A DNA stretch of 34,465 nucleotides. It comes from Paramoeba atlantica (lineage: Eukaryota > Protista > Discosea). Below the pieces are notes generated by a model. The model did not search any database. It was not told where the DNA came from and saw only the letters and a program-made list of their open reading frames with translations. The DNA lies in assembly GCA_977017575.1 (NCBI GenBank), contig CDRNVI010000131.1, positions 1 to 34,465 of the forward strand. The letters run 5' to 3'. A program made the position numbers and the translations under genes. Shown here piece by piece: positions 1-13,477 of this stretch. Numbering within the stretch: the first letter of the stretch is position 1; the number at the start of each line of letters is the position of its first letter.

Positions 1-2
1 GA

Positions 3-1036
3 AAAAAAAGAAATTGATTTATAAATAAATCTTTTACTCAGAAGAGTTCATATTTAAAATTTTATAATAGAAAGAAGAAAGTATTTATATTAATTCAAAA
101 AAATAATTTAAAGAAAAGAGAAAAAAAATTATTAAATTTATATTTAACAGGAAAAAAGAGAAGATTCTATAGGTATAATAATATTACATCTTTTTTTTTA
201 AATTATAAGTTTATTAATAATAATAAAACATTATTATTTAAACAAATGAAAAAAAAATTAAAAATTTTATTTAAAAAAGGTTTATTTAAAAAAAGTAGTA
301 TGTATTTTTTTAGAAGAACATTATTAGTAGAATATCCTAAATGATCATTAATAAAAGAAAATTATTTTAAACGTAATGAAGATAATATAATGTCGTATTT
401 ATCAAAATATATACATTTTAAAATTTATAATATATATAGAAAAATATATAATATATTGATTTATTATTTTTAAAACGAATTAATCAATATAAAAATTTTA
501 GTAAACTAAATTATTCAAAAATTTTAATTAATATTAGAAGTAATTTGTTACAATATTTTTATAACAAAAATAAGACTTTCAAAAGTTTTATTAAAAATAA
601 AGTTTACTATAATAAATTTTTAGTAAAAAATGTATCAATAAAAAATTATATATTATTTAATAATATTAATGATTATACTAATAATTATAAAAATATAAAT
701 AATTTGAAATATAATAATTCTATATATAGTTATTATAAATATTTTTTAAAATTAGTATTATTTAATAATTTGATTTTAAAAAATAATTATACTAAAAAAA
801 TAAATTGTGATATTAGTTTATTTATTACTAAATTTATGAAAAATTTAAATATAATATATAAGTATATATATAGTATTAAGTATTCAAATAAAAAAAATTT
901 AAATTATTATTCAAAATTAAATGAAATAAATTTTTTTAATAATATTTATGACTATGATTATAGTTTATTAAATAATAATAGCTTAATAAATTATAAATTA
1001 AATACTGTTACTTTATTAAATTCTAAAAAATATTAA
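3..1036 (+). CDS. Unidentified mitochondrial ORF, 5'-partial, very K/N/Y/I-rich; probably one gene with a -1 frameshift near 467-471 (possibly a divergent ribosomal protein)
   Basis: In code 4, one frame is open 3-473 (KKRNWFINK...YFFRRTLLVEYPKW...) and a second is open 452-1036. One extra T in the T5 run at 467-471 would join them. No recognisable motif. Confidence 0.45.
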
Positions 1037-1274
1037 TTAAATAATATTTAATTAATAAATTTAAAAAGAAATTTTTAAATTTGAATATTATTATTAATTT
1101 GAATAATAATAATATTTTTAAAATAAGGTAAAAAGAAAAAAATATTTTTATCTTATATATGTTTGCACCTTCAAGATGTTGTATAGAAAAAGAAAGAAAA
1201 GAATAAACGTGAAAAAATGATTAAGAAAATTATTTAGTAATTAAATTATAGTAATAAAAAAAAAAATTATTATT

Positions 1275-1655
1275 ATGCCACAATTAGATTTAGGAATTTT
1301 ATTTTTAGAATTAGTTTTAAATTTTATATTTTTTTGATTAATTTATATTTATTATGCAAGATATATATTCCCTTTAATAAATAAAACTATTAAATTAAGA
1401 AAATATAAATTAAAATCTATAATAAAAAGATTATTATTATTAGAATCAAATATTTTATTTATTATAAAATTAAATTTAAGTATTTTATTAAATAATAATT
1501 TTTTATTAAATAAATTTGTTGTTTTATTAAAATCTAAAATTAATAATATTAAAATTATTATTTTTAGTAAATTATATATATTAGGTTTAAATTTCTTAAA
1601 AAAAGAATCTTTATTAAATAAAAAATATTTTATAATAAAAACAATATATAAATAA
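1275..1655 (+). CDS. atp8: ATP synthase subunit 8 (126 aa, code 4)
   Basis: Begins MPQLD, followed by a hydrophobic helix and a basic tail; stop overlaps the cob start (TAATG). Missing from the ORF track because of TGA at 1335. Confidence 0.9.
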
Positions 1656-2803
1656 TGAGATTAGTTAAAAAAGATATTTTTGTAAATGCATTTTATAATG
1701 CTTTAGTAGTTTATCCAGCTCCTGCTAATATAACTTATGCTTGAAATTTAGGAGTTAGTGCTGGTTTGTTTTTAATTATTCAGATTTTAACAGGTGTTAT
1801 TTTAGCTATGTATTATACACCTAATGCTGATTTAGCTTTTGCTAGTGTTAGACATATAGTTAATGATGTACATTTTGGTGATATGCTAAGAATGTACCAT
1901 GCTAGTGGATCATCAGTTTTTTTTTTTGTAATATATTTACATGTATTTAGAGGTTTATATTATGGTTCATATACTTATCCTAGACAATTTGTATGAGTAT
2001 CTGGTGTTATAATATTATTAATTATGATTATAACAGCTTTTGTAGGTTATGTTTTACCTTGGGGTCAAATGAGTTTTTGAGCAGCAACTGTTATTACTAA
2101 TTTAGTGTCAGTTATACCTTTTGTAGGTAATGATATATTATTATGATTATGAGGTGGATTTTCTGTTGATGAAGCTACATTACATCGTTTTTTTAGTTTA
2201 CATTATTTATTACCTTTTGTTATAGCAGCTTTAGCTGGAGTTCATATTATATTATTACATGAAGTTGGTTCTAATAATATATTAGGTATTAATCATAAGG
2301 TAGATCAAATACCATTTCATCCTTATTTTGTTTTTAAAGATTTATTTAGTTCATTATTATTATTATTTGGTTTTAATATGTATGCTATAAAACATACTCC
2401 AAGTATAATAGACGCAGATAATTATTTAGAAGCAAATCCTTTAGTAACACCCGTACATATCGTACCAGAATGATATTTTAAAGCTTTTTATGCAATTTTA
2501 AGATCTGTACCAGATAAAGCAGGTGGTTTTATCTTATTAGTTTTATCTATTATTGTTTTAATAATATTTCCATTTTATGTGAAAGCACCTATAGTTAGTG
2601 GTTATTTTAGACCTATTTATAATTTAGGTTTTTGATTATTTATTATGGATTTTATTACATTAACCTGAATAGGAGGTAAACCTATAGAAGAACCTTATTA
2701 TTTTATAGGTCAAATGGCTACAAGTTTTTATTTTATATATTTTATTATATTGTTACCTGTTATTGTTAAATTAGAAAAATCATTATATAAAAATATTACT
2801 TAA
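1655..2803 (+). CDS. cob: Apocytochrome b (382 aa, code 4)
   Basis: Continuous frame with TGA at conserved Trp positions; motifs [41 protein letters not shown]. Confidence 0.98.
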
Positions 2804-2807
2804 ACAT

Positions 2808-3311
2808 ATGAATAAAATTTTTAATTTTATAATTTTTTATATTTCTATATTATTTTTAGTTAATATGTTTTCAAATCATTTATTTTTTTTTAATTCTGTT
2901 GGTAATTTATTAATTATAATTATATTATTAATTATATCTTTATTTACTTTTTATATTTCTTCGTTAAAAAGTAATTTCTTAATTATAAAAAAAAATGAAA
3001 TATATAAACAATATTATTTAAAATTATTAAAACTATATTATATTTTTTATTTATATAAAAATATAATATTTCAAAATATTTTAATATCTACATTTCAAAA
3101 TTATTATTTTAAATTTATAATTTTATTTTATAATATTAATTTAAATATATTATTAAATTCTATATCAAATTTATATAGTTATTTATATAATAATTTTTTA
3201 AATACTTTTTATATTAATAATTATTTTATATTTAGTATTAAATTTAAATTATTAAATCAAATAAACTATAAAAATTTTATTTTTAAAAAATATTTTACTA
3301 TAAAAAAATAA
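2808..3311 (+). CDS. Membrane-anchored ORF167, candidate ATP synthase subunit b (atp4/ymf39-like)
   Basis: 167 aa with two N-terminal hydrophobic stretches and a basic, polar C-terminal part; size and topology fit atp4, but no diagnostic motif is recognised. Confidence 0.45.
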   Translation: MNKIFNFIIFYISILFLVNMFSNHLFFFNSVGNLLIIIILLIISLFTFYISSLKSNFLIIKKNEIYKQYYLKLLKLYYIFYLYKNIIFQNILISTFQNYYFKFIILFYNINLNILLNSISNLYSYLYNNFLNTFYINNYFIFSIKFKLLNQINYKNFIFKKYFTIKK

Positions 3312-3314
3312 TAT

Positions 3315-3671
3315 ATGAATTTTGAATATAGTATAATTATTATCTCTATATCATTAAGTATGATTATTTCTTTAGTATTATTTTCTATTATTTTACTTCT
3401 TATTTATTCAAAATTTGAGATAGAAAAAGTTTCAGCATATGAATGTGGTTTTCACCCTTTTGAAGATACTAGACATAATTTTAATGTAAGATTTTATTTA
3501 GTATCTATTTTATTTTTAATTTTTGATTTAGAAATAATATTTTTATTTCCATGATTGACTTTAGTTAATTTTTTAGGAACAAGTGGTTTTTTAGTAGTAT
3601 TGATTTTTATTACTATATTAACTATAGGTTTCATATATGAATGATTAAAAGGTGCTTTAACCTGAGAGTAA
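3315..3671 (+). CDS. nad3: NADH dehydrogenase subunit 3 (118 aa)
   Basis: [34 protein letters not shown] in code 4. Confidence 0.97.
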
Positions 3672-3689
3672 AAAATTATTTTATATATT

Positions 3690-4443
3690 ATGAATAAATT
3701 TTTTCAACCATTAGATCAATTTGATATATTTTCTTTATATATAAATTTTTATTTTAGTGATTTTTATATAACAAACTTATTTATATATTTATTTATTATT
3801 TTTTTTATAATAAATATTATAACAAGTAATGTATTATTATCTAAATTAAATTTAGTTTATAAATCGTTATGACAATACATATATGAGAATTTTATATATT
3901 TATTTCCGTTAAATGTTTTAGTTACACAAGTAGGTAAAAGAGGTGAACCATATTTTGTTTATATAGCTAGCTTATTTTATTTTATATTAATAGCAAATTT
4001 TATTGGTTTAGTACCAAGTTCTTTTACTATTACAAGTCATATAATTTTAACATTTTTATTAGGATCAATTACTGTTATAGGATTAACTATAATAGGTTTT
4101 TTAAAAACAAAAATTACATTTTATACAGTTATTTATACCAAAAGGTGTTCCTAATATTTTATTACCTATGTTAATAGGTATCGAAGTTATTTCTTATATT
4201 GCAAGAGGTTTTAGTTTATCTATACGGTTATTTGCAAATTTAATGTCGGGACATTCATTAATACATATTTTATTATTTTTTATTGTAAAAATATTAAAAT
4301 TTAATTATATTATAGGTATTTTAGGAATATTATTAATAACTGTAATTTTTTTATTAGAGTTTGGTATTTCATTTTTACAAGCTTATGTATTTATTGTTTT
4401 AGTTTCTATTTATTTAAAAGATTCTTACGAAGCTGGACATTAA
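3690..4443 (+). CDS. atp6: ATP synthase subunit a, with a +1 frameshift in the homopolymer cluster at 4097-4113
   Basis: PLDQF, ANFIGLVP, TITSH, then after removing one base LFIPKGVP...IEVISY...SLSIRLFANLMSGH, LQAYVF. Confidence 0.95.
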
Positions 4444-4461
4444 AAAACATTTATTTTAACA

Positions 4462-4782
4462 ATGTTTAATATCTTAATTCCTTTTGAAACATTTATACCT
4501 ATTTTAAGTTTTAGTTTATTTATTATAGGTATAGCGGGTATTTTTATTACACGTAGAAATATAATAATAATAATAATGTCTATAGAGTTAATTTTAGCAT
4601 CTGTAAATTTATTATTTATTTTTTTATCAATATATTTAGATGATATATATGGTCAGATATTTGCTTTATATATATTAACTATAGCAGCTTCTGAATCAGC
4701 TATTGGTTTAGGATTAATAGTTATTTATTATAGATTAAGAGGTATTATATCTATAGATTATATTAGTACTATAAAAGGTTAA
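4462..4782 (+). CDS. nad4L: NADH dehydrogenase subunit 4L
   Basis: MSIELILASVN, DDIYGQ, AASESAIGLG. Confidence 0.97.
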   Translation: MFNILIPFETFIPILSFSLFIIGIAGIFITRRNIIIIIMSIELILASVNLLFIFLSIYLDDIYGQIFALYILTIAASESAIGLGLIVIYYRLRGIISIDYISTIKG

Positions 4783-4801
4783 ATTTTTTTATATACTTTT
4801 T

Positions 4802-6820
4802 ATGTATTTATTAGTATTATATTTACCATTAATAAGTTTTTTAATTATAAGTTTTTTTGGGCGTTTATTAGGAAATAAAGGTAGTTTTATAATTGCGAAT
4901 TTTAATATGTTATTAACAGTGTTGTTATCATATTATATTTTTTATGAAACTGTATTAAAAGGTTCTGTATGTTTTTTAAAATTATTTTCATGATTTAATA
5001 TAGGTTTATTTAATGTAACATGAGGATTTATTTTCGATCCTGTAACAGGTGTTATGTTAATTGTAGTAAATACAATATCTTTATTAGTTCATTTTTATTC
5101 AATAGGTTATATGTATAATGATCCTTTTTCTTCTCGATTTGTATCTTATTTATCATTATTTACATGATTTATGTTAATGTTAGTTACAGCTGATAATATA
5201 TTACAATTATTTTTAGGTTGAGAAGGTGTTGGTTTAGTATCTTATTTATTAATTAATTTTTGATTTACAATAGCAGATGCAAACAAAGCTGCAATTAAAG
5301 CTATTATTATGAATAGAATAGGTGACATTGGAGTTGGTTTAGGTATATGTTTAATATATTTAGAATATAAAACATTAAATTTTAGTATAATATTCGCAAT
5401 AAGTGATATGTGTCAATTTGATTATATTTATTTTATAAATAATTATTTTAATACAATAACTTTGATAACTATTTTTATATTAATTGGAGCTATGGGAAAA
5501 TCTGCACAATTAGGTTTACATACTTGATTACCGGATGCTATGGCTGGTCCAACACCAGTTTCTGCTCTTATACATGCAGCAACAATGGTTACAGCTGGAG
5601 TATTTATTTTAATAAGATTATCACCAATGGTTGAATATTCAGCTATTGGTTTATGAATTATAACTTTAGTTGGTGTTTTAACTAGTTTTTTTGCAGCAAC
5701 TATAGGTTTATTTCAAAATGATATAAAAAAGGTTATAGCATATTCAACTTGTAGTCAATTAGGTTATATGGTGTTTATATGTGGGTTATCAAATTATTCA
5801 CTAAGTTTATTTCATTTAACTAATCATGCTTTTTTTAAAGCATTATTATTTTTAAGTGCGGGGGCTATTATACATGCTTTATCTGATGAACAAGATATAA
5901 GAAAATATGGAGGGTTAATTAAATTATTACCTTATAGTTATATTATGATGTTAATAGGTTCTTTAGCATTAATGGGTATACCTTTTTTAACAGGGTTTTA
6001 TTCTAAAGATGTTATAATTGAAATTACTTATATATCATATATAATAGATAGTTCTTTTATTTATTGATTAAGTGTTATAGCAGCTTTGTTTACATCATTA
6101 TATAGTATTAGGTTATTAGTATATGTTTTTATAACATCACCTAATGGTTATAGAAAAATGTTTGAATTAATACATGAATCTAATATTTTTATGTCTTTAC
6201 CTTTATTTATATTAGCTTTAAATAGTATATTTTTTGGTTATATTAATAAAGATTTATTTATAGGATTAGGTAATGATACTTGATTAAATTGATTAAATAT
6301 AATTTCAACTAGAAATATTTTAATTTTAGAATCAGAATTTTTACCTTGATATATAAAAAATATTCCTTTTTTTTTTAGTATGTCTGGTATAATAATTATT
6401 TTTTTAATAAATTATTATTATACTTATTTATATAAAGTTTTAAGAAGTAATAATTATTTATATTTTAAAAGATATAATAATATTGCAAGTTTTTTTTCTT
6501 ATAAATGGTATGTGGATACTATTTATAATAAAATAATTTTAGGAGGTTTTATTAAATTATCCTATATAGTATTTAAAAATATTGATAGAGGTATTATAGA
6601 ATTAATAGGGCCTTTAGGTTTAGTTAGATTATGAAATTCTTTAAGTATTAATTATAAATATTTTTTCCCAACAGGTTATATTTTTAATTATTTGTTCTTA
6701 TTTATTATTTCATCTGTTAGTTTAATTATATTCTATATATTACCTATAAATAATTTAAATAGTGAATTATTATTTATATTAATTGCTATAATTTTAATAA
6801 ATAAATATAAAAATAAGTAA
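4802..6820 (+). CDS. nad5: NADH dehydrogenase subunit 5 (672 aa)
   Basis: The five ORF-track fragments share one frame joined by TGA=Trp; [58 protein letters not shown]. Confidence 0.98.
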
Positions 6821-6837
6821 AATTTTTTTTAAAACAT

Positions 6838-7425
6838 ATGGATCAAAATTTATTTTATATATTTTTTTTTATAATAAGTATTGTATCGGCTATTTTAGTA
6901 ATAATTTCTAAAAATCCTTTACATTCTATTATTTATTTAATATTAGTTTTTTGTAATATAGTTTTTATATTATTATTGTTGGAGTTGGAATTTATGTCTA
7001 TGGTGTTTTTAATAGTTTATATAGGTGCAATAGCAGTATTATTTTTATTTATTATTTATATGTTAAATATAAAAGTTATAGAATTGAATGAATTAAATAT
7101 AAAATATTTGATAGGTATTATATTATTAACTTTATTAATAATATTTTTAATTTATTTATATTATATACCGATTAATGTAATTTTTAATATAGATTCCTCA
7201 AACAATAATAATTATATAAATTATTATAATATTTTATATAATATATCAAATTTAAATTTGATATCTTTAATATTATACGATAAGCATTATATATTATTTA
7301 TAATACTTAGTCTTATATTATTATTAGCTATGATTGGTGTTATTATATTAACATGTAAAAGAACATATTATCTAAAAGAACAGGTAATTTTTGAACAAAA
7401 TAAAAGGTTTATAAAGAATCCATAA
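6838..7425 (+). CDS. nad6: NADH dehydrogenase subunit 6
   Basis: [28 protein letters not shown]. Confidence 0.96.
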   Translation: MDQNLFYIFFFIISIVSAILVIISKNPLHSIIYLILVFCNIVFILLLLELEFMSMVFLIVYIGAIAVLFLFIIYMLNIKVIELNELNIKYLIGIILLTLLIIFLIYLYYIPINVIFNIDSSNNNNYINYYNILYNISNLNLISLILYDKHYILFIILSLILLLAMIGVIILTCKRTYYLKEQVIFEQNKRFIKNP

Positions 7426-7426
7426 A

Positions 7427-9457
7427 ATGAATAATTATAAAATAAATAATATTGCAGTTAAAGATAATAATATGAAAACTATATTACAATTATGTAATAT
7501 GATTAATATAGATATACCAAAATTTTGTTATCATGAACAATTATCTATAGCAGGTAATTGTAGAATGTGTTTAGTTGAAGTAAAAGGAGCTATAAAACCT
7601 ATAGCTTCTTGTGCATCCCCTTTAAATAATAATATGCATATATTAACTAATACTAAATTAGTTAAAAAGGCTAGAGAAGGTGTTTTAGAATTTTTATTAT
7701 TAAATCATCCATTAGATTGTCCTATTTGTGATCAAGGAGGTGAATGTGATTTACAAGATCAATCATTAATTTTTGGTAATGATAGAGGTAGATTTTATGA
7801 AAATAAAAGATCTGTTAATGATAAAGATTGTGGACCTTTAATAAAAACTATTATGACAAGATGTATTCATTGTACTAGATGTATACGTTTTATAGATGAG
7901 TTTATTGGTTATAAATATTTTGGTTTGATAGGTCGAGGACAAAATATAGAAATAAGTAATTTTTTATCAAAAAATATTAATTCGGAATTATCTGGTAATT
8001 TAATTGATTTATGCCCTGTAGGTGCTTTAACTTCTAAACCTTATTCATTCATTTCTAGACCTTGAGAACTTATTTCTTGAAATACTATAGATATTAATGA
8101 TTTATTACATATAAATATTAGAATAGATATTAGAGATAGTGAAATATTAAGAGTTTTACCTTTATTTAATGATTATATACATGAGATCTGAATCTCAGAT
8201 CTAACTCGTTTTTCTTATGATAATCAAAAGAATAATCGAATAATTAATCCTTTAAAAAAGGAAGGTGCAAATAAATTTATTATATATAGTTGAGAAAAAG
8301 TATTAAATTTAATATTAAAAAAATGTTTAAATAGTAATTTACATTTTTTAATAGGTGATAATATAGATAGTGAAACTGCTTTAGTAATAAAAAAAGGAAA
8401 AAATTATTTTAATAATCATGAATTTACTATTAATTATAAAAAATTAACTAGGAATTCAAATAATCGTAAAAATTATATTTTAGATTATAATATATATAAA
8501 GAATTAAATGAATTTAAAAATATTATATTAATTAATATAAATATTAGATTAGAATATCCTTTATTAAATATAAAGTTAAAACGATTTAAAGATTTAAAAT
8601 TATTAAATATTTATAATATAGGGACCTCTTATAATCAAAATTATAAAAATATAAATTATTCATCTAATTTATTAGAAGTAAAAAAATTTATAGAGGGAAA
8701 ATCTTTATTAAATAATATTGTATTAAAAGCATCTAAAAATTTAATTTTATTAAATGATAATACTTTATTTAATTTTTTAATTACAACATTGAAAAATTTA
8801 AATTTAGAATCAAGTATTAATATAGGGTTTTTAAATAATTTAAATATAAATATTATAGCTAATGAATTAAATTTATTTAATTCATTAGTAAAATTTAATG
8901 ATTATAGTTTTAAAAAAATGATTTATAAAGAAAATAATATTTTATATAATTTAAATAATTATAATTATAATTATTTAAATTATAATTGTGATTATAATAT
9001 TTTTCAAGGTTGTTATTTACCTATATTAAAAGAAATTAATAATTATGATTTATTATTACCATCAATAACTCATTATGAAAAAAAAAGTTTATTTATAAAT
9101 ATATTTGGTTATTGTCAATCGACAAAATTTATTTTATTTCCGCCGAAGAATGCAAGAAATGATTGAAAAATATTATATATATTATTTAAAACAATTATTA
9201 GTGATGAAAAGATTATGAAATTATCTTTTAGTAATATTAGATTATTATTAAGTTCTTATAATATAAATATAAATACTATATTAAATATATATAATAATAA
9301 TGAAATATCAAATTATAAAAATATTATGGTTTTGAAAAATAAAAATTTATATAAAAATATGACTAATATATATTCTAATAATAAATTTTTACAATCATCA
9401 AAAATTTTAAACAGTTGTTTAATTAATTCTAAAAAAATATATAATAATTTTCATTAA
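7427..9457 (+). CDS. nad11: NADH dehydrogenase subunit 11 (NuoG homologue, 676 aa, unsplit)
   Basis: Fe-S motifs [48 protein letters not shown]; single frame through 8789 and 9215 to TAA at 9455-9457. Confidence 0.95.
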
Positions 9458-9470
9458 AAGATTTTAAAAT

Positions 9471-10454
9471 ATGAATTTTTTGTTAACTTTAATTATAACA
9501 ATATTAAAATATTTAATTTTAATAGTACCTGTATTAGTAACTGTAGCTATTTTTACAGTTTTTGAAAGAAAAGTTATGGGTTATATACAACGAAGACAAG
9601 GTCCTATAAAAGTAGGTTTTTTAGGTATTTTGCAACCTTTTGCCGATGGTTTAAAATTAATGATAAAAGAACCTGTTATACCGGTAAATTCAAATTATTT
9701 AATGTATATAGCAGCTCCAATATTAACATTATTATTAAGTTTAATAAATTGAATATTAATACCTTTTGATGAAAATGTAGTAATATCTAATATTAATATA
9801 GGAGTTTTGTTTATTTTGGGTATTTCTTCTTTAAGTGTATATGGTGTTATTATAGCTGGTTGAGCTAGTAATTCAAAATATGCATTTTTAGGTGCTCTTA
9901 GATCTGCTGCACAAATGATATCTTATGAAGTATCTATAGGTATAATATTAATAACTCTTCTAATAGGTGTAGGTTCTTTAAATTTAAGTAATATAGTATT
10001 AGCTCAAGAGGATATTTGATTTATTATACCATTTTTTCCTTTATTTTTATTATTTTTTATATCTTCTGTTGCAGAAACTAATAGACACCCTTTTGATTTA
10101 CCGGCAGAAGCAGAATTAGTTTCTGGTTATAATGTAGAATATTCATCAGTAGGATTTGCTTTTTTTTTTATCGGTGAATATGCTAATATTATATTAATGA
10201 GTGCATTAAATGTAATTTTATTTTTAGGAGGTTGATTACCACCTTTTAATTTTAATTTTTTTTTACCGCCTATAGTATGATTTACAATAAAAATTGTTTT
10301 AATGATATTTTTATTTATAGTAATAAGAGCCATGTTACCTAGATATAGATATGATCAATTAATGATATTAGGTTGAAAAGTATTTTTACCGTTATCATTA
10401 GGTTTATTAGTTTTCTATGCAGGTATAATGATTGGTTTTGATTTTTTACCTTAA
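9471..10454 (+). CDS. nad1: NADH dehydrogenase subunit 1 (327 aa)
   Basis: [61 protein letters not shown]. Confidence 0.97.
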
Positions 10455-10487
10455 TTTTTTAGAATAATAAAATATAAAAAATTTTGA

Positions 10488-11961
10488 ATGTTATTAAAAA
10501 TTTTACTTTTTTTACCATTATTTTTTGCGTTTATTTTAAGTTTAATACCTAAGAAAAAAATTATATTATTAAAACAATTATCTTTATTATTTAGTATAAT
10601 AATTTTTTTTTATTGTATTAAATTATTAGGTAATTTTAATATATATTATTCGTATATTCAATTTCAATCAAGTATTAGTTATTATCCTGGTATGGATTTT
10701 AGTATAGGTATAGATGGTATTTCTATTTTTTTTATATTATTAATGAGTTTACTTTTACCTATTTCGTTATTAGTAAATTGAGAAAGTGTGAAATATCGTA
10801 ATAAAGATTTTACTATTACTTTATTTATATTAGAATTTTTAGTTTTTTGTATTTTTTGTTGTTTAGATATATTTTTTTTTTATATATTTTTTGAAGGTGT
10901 TTTAATACCTATGTTTTTTATTATAGGTATATGAGGTTCAAGACAACGAAAAATTCATGCTGTTTATCAATTTTTTTTATATACTTTTTTTGGATCAATA
11001 TTTATGTTAGTATCTTTTTTAATAATTTACTTACATGTAGGTTCTACAAATTGAAATATAATTAAATATATTAAATTTTCTGATCAACGACAATTAATAT
11101 TATGATTAGGTTTTTTTATAGCATTTGCTATAAAAGTACCAATGATACCTTTTCATATATGATTACCAGAAGCTCATGTCGAAGCACCTACAACAGGTTC
11201 TATCTTATTAGCTGGTATTTTATTAAAATTAGGTACTTATGGTTTTTTAAGATTTTTATTACCTTTATTTCCTTATGGAATGAAATTTTTTTCACCTTTA
11301 GTTATAGTTATTTGTATAATTAGTGTTATATACGGTTCGTTAGTAACAATTAGACAAATAGATTTGAAAAAAAATAATAGCATATTCATCTGTTGTACAT
11401 ATGAATTTTGCAATAATAGGTTTATTTGCTAATAATTTAGAAGGTTTACAAGGTAGTTTATTCTTAATGATTAGTCATGGTATAATATCAAGTTCTTTAT
11501 TTTTTTGCATAGGTGTTTTATATGATCGTTATCATAGTCGTATATTATATTATTATGGAGGTTTAGTACAAGTTATGCCTATATTTGCTGTAATATTTAT
11601 GATTTTTTCTTTAAGTAATATGGGCTTCCCTGGAACAAGTGGTTTTATTGGTGAAATTTTAATATTAATAGGAGTTTTTTTATGAAATATAAAAATTTCA
11701 TTATTATTATTTACTAGTGTTGTTTTTGCAGCTGTTTATTCAATATGGTTATATAATAGATTAATTTTCGGTGAAATAAAAAATTATAATATAATGATTT
11801 ATAATAATTTTTATTATAAAAAATGATTTATAAAATTTTCAGATATTACTAAAAGAGAATTCTTTTTAATATTACCATTTATTTTTTTAAATTTTTTATT
11901 AGGTTTTTATCCTGATTTAATTTTTAATGTAACTTATCTATCAATTTTATCACTTATTTAA
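10488..11961 (+). CDS. nad4: NADH dehydrogenase subunit 4, with a +1 frameshift in the A8 run at 11367-11374
   Basis: FEGVLIPM, KVPMIPFHIWLPEAHVEAPT, RQIDLKK/IIAYSSVVHM after removing one A, SHG, GFPGTSGFIGE. Confidence 0.96.
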
Positions 11962-11972
11962 ATTTAATTATT

Positions 11973-13465
11973 ATGAATTTTACAATTATTTTTAAAAATC
12001 AGGAATATCATTCTATATATAATGATATTAAATATTTATTACCAGAAATATTTTTAATTTCTGGTGTTTTATTAATTTTAGTATTTATTATTTTTTATTC
12101 AAATATTAATGTATATAAATATATAAAATTAGTTTATTGTACTATTAATTTATTGGTATTTATATTAATATTATTTATATTATTAAATATTAATAATATA
12201 GATAATAATTTTATTATTTCATCTTATTTATTATATAGTGACGGTATAATTTTTTTTTATAAAAATTTATTGTCAATAATTATGATTATATTATTAGTTA
12301 CTTCTTATAATTATATGAGATTAAATAAATTATTAATATTTGAATTTTATATATTAATGTTATTATCTTTTATTGGTATGATAACTTTATTATTATCATA
12401 TGATTTTATTACAGCATATCTTTCTATCGAATTACAAAGTTTATGTTTTTATATTTTAGCGGCAATAAATAGAAATAAGAATAGTTCTATAGAAGCTGGT
12501 TTAAAATATTTTATATTAGGATCATTTTCATCAAGTTTATTAATAGTAGGTATAGCAATTATATATGGTGTAACTGGATTTACTAATTTTTATGATTTAT
12601 CAAAATTATTTGAATTAGGTTTATATAATATAAATTGGGATTCTTATATATTTATAGGTTTATTATTTATTAATATAGGATTATTTTTCAAATTAGCTAT
12701 ACCTCCGTTTCATATATGATTACCAGATATTTATGAAGGTTCTTTGAAAATAGTATTAGCTATTTTTGCATTATTGCCTAAATTGGCTATATTAATATTT
12801 TTTTGAAAAATATATTCTATAATTTTAATAAAAGATTTAATCGACTGACAAATATTTTTTTTAATATTTATACTATTATCTTGATTTATAGGTATATTAG
12901 GGGCTTTACAATCTAAAAAATTTTCAAGATTAATAGCTTACAGTTCTATTAATCATATGGGTTTTATATTATTAATTTTAATATTAAATGATGTATTGAC
13001 TTTAACTTTATATATAATAATTTATATTTTAGCTTTAATAAATATTTTAATAATATGATTAAATATATTTAAATTTAATAATTATAAAGGGATTAATACT
13101 ATATATCAATTTTTATATATTATAAAATCTAATAATTTATTATTTATAATTTTATTAATAGCTATATTTTCATTAGCAGGAATACCACCATTAGCTGGAT
13201 TTTTCAGTAAATTTTTTATTTTCATTAGTGCATTAAAACAAAATTATTATTTATTAGTAGTAATTGGACTTTTATTTAGTGTAGTTAGTTGTTTTTATTA
13301 TTTAAGGTTAATAAAAATTATTATGTTTAATAATAGTTTTTATTGATTTTTTTAACTCCTTTAAAAAGAAGTTATGCTTACATAATTGTTATATTATTTG
13401 TAGTAAATTCGATTTTTATATTATTATTGCCTTTTTTATTAGAATATTTAAATTATATAATATAA
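11973..13465 (+). CDS. nad2: NADH dehydrogenase subunit 2, with a -1 frameshift in the T7 run at 13347-13353 near the 3' end
   Basis: IELQSL, EAGLKYFILG, FKLAIPPFHIWLPDIYEG, RLIAYSSINHMG, SLAGIPPLAGF; adding one T restores about 35 C-terminal residues to TAA at 13463-13465. Confidence 0.95.
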
Positions 13466-13477
13466 TAATAATAATTT

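Noticed and set aside
1176-1244. Tiny basic ORF MLYRKRKKRINVKKWLRKLFSN
   Set aside because: Only 22 codons in A-rich sequence, with no match I recognise to small ribosomal proteins; likely chance.
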